Shown here: positions 47,720-55,929 of the stretch, piece by piece
Layout of the letters: each line of letters begins with the position of its first letter
Position numbering within the stretch: position 1 is the first letter of the stretch
Assembly (NCBI RefSeq): GCF_000940805.1
Contig: NZ_CP007142.1
Coordinates: 408,593-472,592, forward strand
DNA: 64,000 nucleotides
Direction of reading: 5' to 3'
DNA from: Gynuella sunshinyii YC6258
GTDB lineage: Bacteria > Pseudomonadota > Gammaproteobacteria > Pseudomonadales > Natronospirillaceae
Notes under the pieces: generated by a model
What the model was told of the DNA's origin: nothing
Database searches by the model: none
The model's input: the letters and a program-made list of their open reading frames with translations, nothing else
Made by a program: the position numbers and the translations under genes

Positions 47720-50209
47720 ATGAATTCAAAAACCCTAAAAGCCATTCTTGCGGCCGGATTTTTGCTTGCCGCAAATGGCATGACAGCAACCACCGCATAT
47801 GCAGCTTCTGACATGACTGATACCTCAGAAAAACAGACTCTTTCCAACGCAGACAGTCCAACCGGTATCTGGCAATGCCCGGATTCCGGTTTGTACTTCT
47901 GTGACGATTTCGCCACCGGCAGCACCAATAACTGGAACCTGCTGCCGCAGACCGAAAACAGCATGATACCCGATGGCAGTTTTGACCTCGTTAATGATGC
48001 AGACAACTATGTCCTGCGCTATACCGCCGATAAATCCGGTGGCGTTATTGCGCTGGTTAAACCATCAGCTTTATCCATGCTGACAACGGCAGACTATTAC
48101 GTTGAGGCGAAAATCAGACCGCGTTACAACTCGACAGCTGCCAACAAGCAACTTTATTTGCTTGGTCGCTATCAGGACGGTAACAACTGGTATGCCGGAG
48201 CGATGAACATTCAAAATTCCGTCGGCAGCACCCAGGTGGAAATTGCCAAAATGGTCAACGGCGAACTGACGCGTATGCAGCGAGTCAAAACACCGATTGA
48301 ACAGGGTGCAAAAGATGCCCTGGACGGACAATGGTACTACCTGCGTCTGGTACTGAAAGGTGACACCCTGACGGTTTATCTCGATGGCGATCAGATTGCC
48401 TCCACTACCGACACGAGTTTCACAGATACCGGCATCATCGGTCTCTGGACATCCAATAAATCATTCGAAATCGATGATGTCCGAGTCGGTAATGCCGACG
48501 ACCTTCCTGCATCTATCGTGTTGTCTCCCAGAGATACGGAATACAGCGCTGAAGTTGGAGATACGCCCAAGGTCGTTGAAGTCAGTACCCGTACAGAGAC
48601 CGGAGAAAATGATACCTTTACCGTCACCTCAAGCGATTCGAATGTGATTGCCATCAGCACGGCAGGTAATCAGGTTACCCTGACACCCGTGGGATCAGGC
48701 ACCGCCACGGTCACATTTATCAGCGGCTCAAATCTGGTTCGAAAAATCAGCGCCACCATTGCACCACAATTTGAAATGCCAACCGCAGTCTATAATTTCT
48801 GCAATGAACTCACACCCGCCTCAGGCGAATTCAATACCTATGAAGATACCCAGCTCAAAATCAGATTTGATTCTGAGGTAACACTGGGAGAGGGATCCAT
48901 TCGCATTTTCAGAACCAGCGATGATGTCATGGTGGACAAAATCAGTCTGATCAATGAATCAGACAACATAGGCTACAACCCGGTACGTACCATTAAAACC
49001 AATCAGGTCAGAATCGATGGCAACATTGTCCGTATCACCCCACACGCCAATACTCTGGAGCACGGTGTCAACTACTATATCGCCATAGCTAAAGAAGCAT
49101 TCACCGGTGCAACATTGGCAGGACAAGTATTTGAGGGCATTGGAAAAAACAGTGGCTGGACCTTTACCACCAGAATCAACGGACCAGATACCAACAAGAC
49201 CACGCTGGTGGTTAACGATAATGGTCATCATGCTGACTTCCGGTCAGTACAAGGCGCACTCAACTTTATCATGCAGAACGTGGCAGCAGATACACCTGCT
49301 ACGGTGTATATCAAAAATGGCATATATGAAGAACCGCTGTACCTTTACGGCAAAAATAACATTACCTTGAAAGGTGAAAACCGGCGTAGAACCATCATTC
49401 GTTACACCATCAATGAGAGCATGAACTCGGGTACCGCAGGACGACCATTATTCCTGATAGAACAGGCAGATATGGTCAGACTGGACAACCTGACACTGAA
49501 AAACACCACACTGATCGGGGAAGGGCACCAGGCTGAAACGCTATTCTTTAACAGCCCGGACGGTCGACTGATTGCCACCAACGCAGACTTTTTCAGCGAA
49601 CAGGACACTCTGAACCTTAAGGGCTGGACCTGGTTCTATAACACATTGGTTGCCGGAAATGTTGATTTTATCTGGGGCTACAGCAAAGTCTCCTTGTTCG
49701 AAAACAGCGAAATCCGCACGTTGGGAGATTCACGGGGTAATGGCAGCGGCGGATACGTCCTTCAGGCCCGGGTGGAAAATGAAACCGACAAAGGCTTTGT
49801 CTTCCTCAACTCAAAAATCACTCGCGGTAACGGTCCGAACGGCGACCCGGTCCTGGACAATACTACCTACCTGGCCCGAAGCGGCGGTTGCAGTGGCTGT
49901 TACGACAATATCGTGTTCGTCAATACTTACATGGACGCCCATATCAAACCCGTCGGCTGGCTAAACGATCCATTACCCACACCACAAATAGCCAATGAAA
50001 ATGCGGGTTGGCGGGAATACAACACAATGGATCTTAACGGCCAGGAACAAGACCTTTCAGAAAGACTCGAAACCTTATCTTACGAAATGAACGAAGAGGA
50101 AGTTCTGAATGGCTACAGCACGAGAGAACAGATATTTTCCGCCTATAACAACGGCGAAGGATGGGAGCCAATGAAAGACATATACAATCATTGGCCGAGG
50201 TTTAAATAA
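47720..50209 (+). CDS. Secreted multidomain carbohydrate esterase family 8 (pectin methylesterase-like) protein with N-terminal lectin/Ig-like (Big_2) domains
   Basis: Signal peptide MNSKTLKAILAAGFLLAANGMTATTAYA. Big_2-like segment. C-terminal CE8 motifs FFSEQDTL and GNVDFIWG. Confidence 0.7.
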   Translation: MNSKTLKAILAAGFLLAANGMTATTAYAASDMTDTSEKQTLSNADSPTGIWQCPDSGLYFCDDFATGSTNNWNLLPQTENSMIPDGSFDLVNDADNYVLRYTADKSGGVIALVKPSALSMLTTADYYVEAKIRPRYNSTAANKQLYLLGRYQDGNNWYAGAMNIQNSVGSTQVEIAKMVNGELTRMQRVKTPIEQGAKDALDGQWYYLRLVLKGDTLTVYLDGDQIASTTDTSFTDTGIIGLWTSNKSFEIDDVRVGNADDLPASIVLSPRDTEYSAEVGDTPKVVEVSTRTETGENDTFTVTSSDSNVIAISTAGNQVTLTPVGSGTATVTFISGSNLVRKISATIAPQFEMPTAVYNFCNELTPASGEFNTYEDTQLKIRFDSEVTLGEGSIRIFRTSDDVMVDKISLINESDNIGYNPVRTIKTNQVRIDGNIVRITPHANTLEHGVNYYIAIAKEAFTGATLAGQVFEGIGKNSGWTFTTRINGPDTNKTTLVVNDNGHHADFRSVQGALNFIMQNVAADTPATVYIKNGIYEEPLYLYGKNNITLKGENRRRTIIRYTINESMNSGTAGRPLFLIEQADMVRLDNLTLKNTTLIGEGHQAETLFFNSPDGRLIATNADFFSEQDTLNLKGWTWFYNTLVAGNVDFIWGYSKVSLFENSEIRTLGDSRGNGSGGYVLQARVENETDKGFVFLNSKITRGNGPNGDPVLDNTTYLARSGGCSGCYDNIVFVNTYMDAHIKPVGWLNDPLPTPQIANENAGWREYNTMDLNGQEQDLSERLETLSYEMNEEEVLNGYSTREQIFSAYNNGEGWEPMKDIYNHWPRFK

Positions 50210-50318
50210 ATAGATTAAGGGATTAAGCGTGTTTGATGCAGGGATGCATCGCTTTGAAGCATTCAATAGTATGACAGTCCGAAGGCGTCATATATGTCCT
50301 TTTTATATCTCCCTCTGG

Positions 50319-50651
50319 TTAGAAATTCAAAAACTTTAATGCAGCCAAAGCGATACAAATCACTATCGATGCAGCACTTAATCTATTCAGTATATTTAGA
50401 CTTTTTGCAATAGACTTCACTTTTTCATCTTCAAACTTTAAATAAGGCTTTACATTGAAGTATCTAATACGATTAAGGTGTAACCTAAAGGCATTATCAT
50501 CATACAGTCCAAATTCTATCAATTGGCTATCATCCAGCTTTTCAATAGCCAAAAAGAACTCGCGTTGCAATGAGTTATATTTATTGACAAGAAAAATCGA
50601 TATTACTAAAAACATTAAGAAAAATATGCTTATCATACCTATCACCGTCAA
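50319..50651 (-). CDS. Small membrane protein (two TM helices) in the AT-rich island
   Basis: 110-aa ORF with low-GC codon usage. Confidence 0.4.
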   Translation of the reverse strand: MTVIGMISIFFLMFLVISIFLVNKYNSLQREFFLAIEKLDDSQLIEFGLYDDNAFRLHLNRIRYFNVKPYLKFEDEKVKSIAKSLNILNRLSAASIVICIALAALKFLNF

Positions 50652-50654
50652 AAC

Positions 50655-51110
50655 TTCTGATCAAAGCCAACCGCAAGCATAGTCCCACTGCTACCAAATA
50701 CTAATCCAACACCGCCTTTGAAATTCGCGCCGCCAGAGCCAAGAGTACCACTAACTTTTGTACCAAAGATTCCTCTAGCAGGAGCGGTCCACGAAAATTT
50801 ATCGGTAATGTTTAGATCTGACGGACCTCTCTCTCCGATTGGAAAGTTATAATCAACTGTTAACGATAAGCTGCGCCTTTGATTAACCCCGATCCAGCAA
50901 AGAACTTTGCATCACCAGCCCCATTAATAGAAAAATCAACCCTATAACCAGCATTGTTTTTTCTAAGAGCTAAGGAGCCTGTAAAGGAATAACGATCGAG
51001 CTCGTCAAGAGAATCTACAAACCTAAATAGATCCTCTCTCACGCCTCCATCTAGCATTCGATTCCAGAAAAAGCCTGCAAATGAGTCTTCAGATACCTGA
51101 GGCAAACTAG
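50655..51110 (-). pseudogene. Disrupted outer-membrane beta-barrel (OmpA/OmpW-like porin family) gene, frameshifted
   Basis: Two frames give ...FAGSGLIKGAAYR and ...GTLGSGGANFKGGVGLVFGSSGTMLAVGFDQKF*, which is Gly-rich with a C-terminal Phe typical of OMPs. No intact start or signal peptide. Confidence 0.5.
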
Positions 51111-51141
51111 GCCAGCTCCACCTGCTCTTTTGTACATTAAA

Positions 51142-51195
51142 GATTCAAGTTTACGGGTGTATTTTTTATTTTCATTCTTTTTATTTTCAAATTTA
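51142..51195. repeat. Island repeat copy 1 (degenerate): GATTCAAGTTTACGGGTGTATTTTTTATTTTCATTCTTTTTATTTTC
   Basis: One of five copies of the GAATTCAAGTTTATGGATGTCCTTTTTAT... family. Confidence 0.6.
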
Positions 51196-51312
51196 TGAAT
51201 TCAAATAATGGGTGCCCTTTTTATTTCTTATAGCACAAGATTGGCCAAGTTATTTACAGAGATATGGGTTCTAACCGTTGGTAATGGTTTAAGATCTCCT
51301 TAAGTAGCCACA

Positions 51313-51360
51313 ATTCAAGTTTTTGGGTGTTATTTTTGTTTTCCATTCTCATCACCCAAA
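51313..51360. repeat. Island repeat copy 2 (degenerate)
   Basis: AATTCAAGTTTTTGGGTGTTATTTTTGTTTTCCATTCTC. Confidence 0.55.
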
Positions 51361-51484
51361 GATATCCACGACTTGCATCTTTTTATAGCTGCTAACAGGG
51401 TAGCTATCCAATATGAACTTCTCTAAATCATTCGACAGTCTCTGAAAATATGGTGTAGCACTTGTGCTGGTACCATCATGGATT

Positions 51485-51510
51485 AACAAGTTTATGGATG
51501 TCCTATTTAT
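51485..51510. repeat. Island repeat copy 3 (core only), 11 nt beyond the 3' end of lipoprotein gene 51521..51928
   Basis: AACAAGTTTATGGATGTCCTATTTAT. Confidence 0.6.
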
Positions 51511-51520
51511 TCACCAATCC

Positions 51521-51928
51521 CTATTCCTTAACAAAACATAAATGTAACTCTGTTTGAAAACAAAGATGTATATTTGGCTCCTTGTTCTTTGACGTTTTTA
51601 CGGCCAAAGTAAACCAATCACCACGAGAGCTTGATATGCCTTTCATAGCCCTAAACTTAAAATTGTAAAAAACAACATCAATTTCAATCACAGAGTCAGA
51701 TGGCGTTTCAACAAACTTCCAAGCGCCTTTTTCTTCTTTAACTTCATTTTCTTCTCGAAATTTGTGTATATATGTACCATCGGCATTTATTTCCAACTTG
51801 TCGGTATCATCCGCGTAATGGGCCAAATAGCTACCATACAATTCTTCAGCATTAAAATACTCTCGTTTAGATCCACATCCTGTGCAAATGGCCATGATCA
51901 AAACAAAAAGGGAAAGGTGAAATTTCAT
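51521..51928 (-). CDS. Lipoprotein (candidate immunity-type protein)
   Basis: Lipobox MKFHLSLFVLIMAICTGCGS. 135 aa. Abuts the upstream 225-aa ORF with no gap. Confidence 0.55.
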   Translation of the reverse strand: MKFHLSLFVLIMAICTGCGSKREYFNAEELYGSYLAHYADDTDKLEINADGTYIHKFREENEVKEEKGAWKFVETPSDSVIEIDVVFYNFKFRAMKGISSSRGDWFTLAVKTSKNKEPNIHLCFQTELHLCFVKE

Positions 51929-52606
51929 TTAATACTGCTCAGTTATAAAATAAGTTTGCGATACTGTTGACATTGGCGACATAGTGTAACCAGTTCTATC
52001 ATACGAAATTTCACCAAATATTCTTCCGGTTAGCGAAGATAAGCTGGTGTTATTGTCTAGCGCATACATTAACGTGCGATTTGGCCCTCCAACAATATCC
52101 GTTACCGTGAAGCTCCCGACATATGCCCCCGTAGGGCTTTGCCAAGCGATTTTGAATCCTTCGGCAATTGATATCGTCTTCCCAAAGTTGGTTGCATGAA
52201 TTCCACTCCAGTCATTAGATGCAGATAACTGCGAGCCATATGTTTTGAAAAATAAGTCTCTGACGCGTTGAAACTCCGGGGTTAAGCTTAGATTGTGAGA
52301 TTGAATAGAGTCTGGACCAAACACCAGTTCGGAAGGACCAACTCCGAGAAAAAATCCCGCGACAATCATTCCAGCGGTCGCGACTTCACCAACTTGATCT
52401 CCAATCCCAAAGCTCTTTTGTGCATTATCCACCACCACTACGATAGTCCCCTGTTCTGCCAACTCTTCCTGAGCACGTATATACATATATCCATTGGGCA
52501 CCACACTGGTAGTTCCATAAGGCGAATAGTACTGATTTTGCACTCCCAGCGCTGCATCGGCGCACTGGATGTCATTTTTATCTTTTTTTATTTTCTTTTG
52601 AAACAA
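51929..52606 (-). CDS. Hypothetical 225-aa protein without a signal peptide (candidate effector/toxin-like partner of the downstream lipoprotein)
   Basis: Clean ORF with low-GC usage and no recognisable domain. Confidence 0.4.
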   Translation of the reverse strand: MFQKKIKKDKNDIQCADAALGVQNQYYSPYGTTSVVPNGYMYIRAQEELAEQGTIVVVVDNAQKSFGIGDQVGEVATAGMIVAGFFLGVGPSELVFGPDSIQSHNLSLTPEFQRVRDLFFKTYGSQLSASNDWSGIHATNFGKTISIAEGFKIAWQSPTGAYVGSFTVTDIVGGPNRTLMYALDNNTSLSSLTGRIFGEISYDRTGYTMSPMSTVSQTYFITEQY

Positions 52607-52625
52607 GTATCCAACTACTAAATCT

Positions 52626-52874
52626 CTATAGGCATTCTTTTTGTTTTTTTAATTTTGAATATACAATACTAAATATTACGCTTTCGAACACAACATATAC
52701 ACAAGCTATAGCGGATCCTCCCCTTAAATCAGCACCTCCCACCAAACCAAGACAGAAAACCTGAAGAAGAAAAATAACCGACTCTTTTTTCACATCACCC
52801 AATGAAAATATCTTAATAAACCGAAAGCATGTACCGCCAAAAACTATTACTACCACAATTATTGTTTCCGTCAT
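52626..52874 (-). CDS. Small membrane protein (82 aa)
   Basis: Two TM helices. Overlaps the upstream small ORF by 4 nt. Confidence 0.35.
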   Translation of the reverse strand: MTETIIVVVIVFGGTCFRFIKIFSLGDVKKESVIFLLQVFCLGLVGGADLRGGSAIACVYVVFESVIFSIVYSKLKKQKECL

Positions 52875-53051
52875 AACCCTACACCCAGCATCGCGTTAGT
52901 TACAATAGTATTTGCAGACGCACCTAGTTGAAATAGGTCATATCCAACTATAATATTACCCTGAGTTAATATTGAGATTTTTGTAACCTCAGACCCTAAA
53001 GTCAGAGGTTTTTTTACTAGCGATATTAATTGCACCAGATATCTTTTCTGG

Positions 53052-53108
53052 GAATTCAAGTTTATGGATGTCCTTTTTATTTTTCTATTCTCTCTTTTTA
53101 TTCTTCTC
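53052..53108. repeat. Island repeat copy 4 (full length), 14 nt beyond the 3' end of lipoprotein gene 53122..53547
   Basis: GAATTCAAGTTTATGGATGTCCTTTTTATTTTTCTATTCTCTCTTTTTATTCTTC. Confidence 0.65.
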
Positions 53109-53121
53109 TATTTCGAATCGC

Positions 53122-53547
53122 CTAGCTTTCTATCTTATATTTCTTATGTAACTGAGAGATATTCCGTGGATCGATTTCGATAAGGACATCTTTAGTATCA
53201 AACCAAAGACTTAGGTATCTATCTTTAGATTGATTAAAATTTAATGGATTATTTTGCTGATATATATACAACAATCTTCTTCCCACGACGCTATTGTCTT
53301 CTTTTCTCGTCATAATAGTGTCATATGATGGTTCACCCAACATAGCTATAACAACAGCATATGAATCACCTATTTCTAATTTTTGGATTTTTTCGATATC
53401 TAACGGTAAGTTCTGTCTTTCTTCAATATTCAAATCACTATGCTTGGTATCATTACCATCTTTATTACATGCAGTAAAACCAAATAAGGTTATTGATATT
53501 GCTATACAAGTATTAATTACAATATTTAAACGCATATTCCTTAACAT
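53122..53547 (-). CDS. Lipoprotein (candidate immunity-type protein)
   Basis: Lipobox ISITLFGFTACNKDG. 141 aa. Confidence 0.55.
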   Translation of the reverse strand: MLRNMRLNIVINTCIAISITLFGFTACNKDGNDTKHSDLNIEERQNLPLDIEKIQKLEIGDSYAVVIAMLGEPSYDTIMTRKEDNSVVGRRLLYIYQQNNPLNFNQSKDRYLSLWFDTKDVLIEIDPRNISQLHKKYKIES

Positions 53548-53579
53548 CTTGTGGGCTCCAGATAAAATGATATTTTGAG

Positions 53580-53917
53580 GGCTTTCCTCCTACATGAAGA
53601 GCACCATACGCAGTAGTTGAACAATTAGAGTCGATAGTGGACCAGTTTTTATCTTATTTCCATTTATCCCACCACGATTTTATTTTTTCAGTATCTGGGT
53701 TAGTGACCAATATTTCATGATCAGGTATTTTTTGCCCTTCCAATCTTACGTCATCCTCAAAACTTTGATTGGCCATTTCTTCTGCTTCAAAGACTTGGCC
53801 TCCATAAGATCCGAATACTTTATATTTTTCTATAGGCCTTTGCTCAGGGCCAGGGCAGAAACTAATATGAGTTCCATTATTGTTTCCCTTGAGATTTTTG
53901 CTATTTTAATTTACTAA
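53580..53917 (-). pseudogene. Start-less C-terminal ORF fragment (...GTHISFCPGPEQRPIEKYKVFGSYGGQVFEAEEMANQSFEDDVRLEGQKIPDHEILVTNPDTEKIKSWWDKWK*) immediately upstream of the lipoprotein gene
   Basis: Open frame of about 100 codons with no plausible start other than an internal Met. Resembles an orphan C-terminal module. Confidence 0.35.
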
Positions 53918-54307
53918 GTTTCGGCTAAATACCAGCAATAGTGCAGAGAGCAGACAAACCAGACAGGATAACTTAAAAAGCAGCCCATACCGCGTATAAT
54001 TATTACACAGCGCATCTAACGTCGCATCACTAAGAGACTTATAAGATTTTTTCTTTAGAAAGTCGGAAAAAGCTTTTTGCCTACTTAGCTCGTAAACTTC
54101 AAATTTGAGAGAGACACCTAAATTTTTGCTAATATCAGGGTATGATTCAAGAAGTCTTTTTTTATATCTATTTTGAACACCATAGTCCCGACTAGAGAGA
54201 TAACTACGACTGCTACGGATAAGACGAATATTCACTCTACCAGCATATCTACTCTCCAGAATTGAATAATTGATAGCTGAATCCAACCGACCTTGCAACT
54301 GAACCAC
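53906..54307 (-). CDS. Hypothetical 133-aa protein with a C-terminal TM helix. Possibly the frameshifted continuation of the upstream Gly-rich fragment at 54310-54470.
   Basis: The same DNA upstream reads ...GLAGFKAAGSIGLNGLSDQVGIGVVKGG in another frame. Confidence 0.3.
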   Translation of the reverse strand: MVQLQGRLDSAINYSILESRYAGRVNIRLIRSSRSYLSSRDYGVQNRYKKRLLESYPDISKNLGVSLKFEVYELSRQKAFSDFLKKKSYKSLSDATLDALCNNYTRYGLLFKLSCLVCLLSALLLVFSRNLVN

Positions 54308-54561
54308 CTTTTACCACTCCGATACCGACTTGGTCACTTAAGCCGTTTAAACCGATGGACCCCGCTGCTTTGAATCCTGCCAACCCATACACTTGCGATG
54401 TAATTGATGTTTTACCCAAGAAATCGAGACCTCCAATTATTTCCAGCGAATGGCTGCGCTTGCAAGTTTAAATCCGCCGTTAGTGAAAAGCTTCTACCTG
54501 TCACGTAACCTGTTTCTTCGGCTCCAGGAATTTCAATTCATATATTTTCCTGGACAGCCAG

Positions 54562-54590
54562 GAATTCAAGTTTATGGATGTCCTTTTTAT
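54562..54590. repeat. Island repeat copy 5 (core)
   Basis: GAATTCAAGTTTATGGATGTCCTTTTTAT. Confidence 0.65.
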
Positions 54591-54750
54591 ATTTTTTATA
54601 CTTCCGCGAATGCGCGGGATAATTATTAATATTAAAATTTTTTATGCCCTTCTCAAAGGATCTTTTTTATTCTGGTAATAGACTTATTCAATATGGTAGA
54701 AAATGAAATATACTACGATTGGTTTTCAGTCAACGAGAAAAGGATAAGTT

Positions 54751-55077
54751 ATGAAGAGGGTTTTACTTTTATTGATATCAATCTTGTCGGTTAATACTTT
54801 GGCATATACGGAATGTAGCCGTTCTCCAAACAAAGTCTGGCTAAACCTTACGGGTAATTCAGTCTGGATTTGCTTCGATACAGGAAATTGTGTCTATAAA
54901 ACAGTTTCTGGTAACTTTACTGAAGCCCATCTGGACAGGATGTATGCAACTGGTATGGCAGCAATATCAGCGGGGAAAAATCTGATTATCAGATACCCAG
55001 AAGACAATGCAAACTGCAGTGACCTGACCAGCACTCCGAGCAGAGATGATATTCAAGGGTTGTGGTTCACCAAATAA
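54751..55077 (+). CDS. Small secreted cysteine-containing protein (108 aa)
   Basis: Sec signal MKRVLLLLISILSVNTLAYT; four Cys residues in the mature part. Confidence 0.45.
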   Translation: MKRVLLLLISILSVNTLAYTECSRSPNKVWLNLTGNSVWICFDTGNCVYKTVSGNFTEAHLDRMYATGMAAISAGKNLIIRYPEDNANCSDLTSTPSRDDIQGLWFTK

Positions 55078-55245
55078 AGGTTTGCAGAAACACACGCGAC
55101 AGATAGCCTTGTCGTTGGTAACAACAGTAGCTATAACAGTACCTAAAAATACAACTTACCTGTACGACGCGATGAAATAAATAGCCGATTATATAGCTAG
55201 AAGAATTCGTATCTCTTGTATAAGTGTCTCGGTCAGTCAATAGCA

Positions 55246-55929
55246 TCAGAGTGAAGAATGTGGTTTATCTGTTGTATCTTCACTCTGATGATGTCTCACA
55301 GGCACTTCCTCCCAACCGCTGATCATGGCTTTCATAAACTGTCCAACAGTTGCTCCAGTGGTTATCAAATACAGGTGGGCCACGAGAAAGGTCAGTATCA
55401 GAAATGCAGCAGCGGTATGAATCAAGGCAACGATTTCGAGGCTTAACCCGGCGTTGATCAGTTCGAATCTTGCCCATTCATTGTAAAACAGATAAAGCAG
55501 TCCGCTGATCCATATCGCTGGAATAATCAGTATTTTTAGCAGCAAATAGGCTAGTCGTTGCAGTGGGTTGTGTTTGGCCGCAGTACTGGGATGAAACGGA
55601 TGCGGTTCTCCGCTAAAAATGCCTCTGGAGTAGTACATCAGTTGCTCCCATAATCCTTTACGGGTAGGCAGGTAGTGTTTGTATTCTCCCGTGGTCAGAT
55701 GCCAGAAGATGGTGAACACCCACAGTACCACCAGAGACCAGGCCGACATTTCATGAAGTTGTGTCGCCCGGTCAAATCCGAACAGCGTGTAGTTACCATG
55801 AATTTCAAATCCCGTCAGCGCCATAAATATGATCAATACCGCCTGAGCCCAATGCCAGAATCGTTCATACGCTTTAAATAGCAGTATCCGTTCAGTTGTC
55901 TGGTTCATTCCGTTTTCTCCTCCAGGCAA
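55246..55929 (-). CDS. Membrane b-type cytochrome (Ni/Fe-hydrogenase/formate-dehydrogenase cytochrome b family, PF01292-like)
   Basis: RFWHWAQAVLIIFMALTGFEIH plus four TM helices carrying conserved His. Last gene of the cytochrome operon. Confidence 0.7.
   Translation of the reverse strand: MPGGENGMNQTTERILLFKAYERFWHWAQAVLIIFMALTGFEIHGNYTLFGFDRATQLHEMSAWSLVVLWVFTIFWHLTTGEYKHYLPTRKGLWEQLMYYSRGIFSGEPHPFHPSTAAKHNPLQRLAYLLLKILIIPAIWISGLLYLFYNEWARFELINAGLSLEIVALIHTAAAFLILTFLVAHLYLITTGATVGQFMKAMISGWEEVPVRHHQSEDTTDKPHSSL

Noticed and set aside
51142-54590. CRISPR array
   Set aside because: The repeats are irregularly spaced (170 bp to 1.5 kb), partly degenerate and flanked by genes rather than by short unique spacers. 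No cas genes are present.
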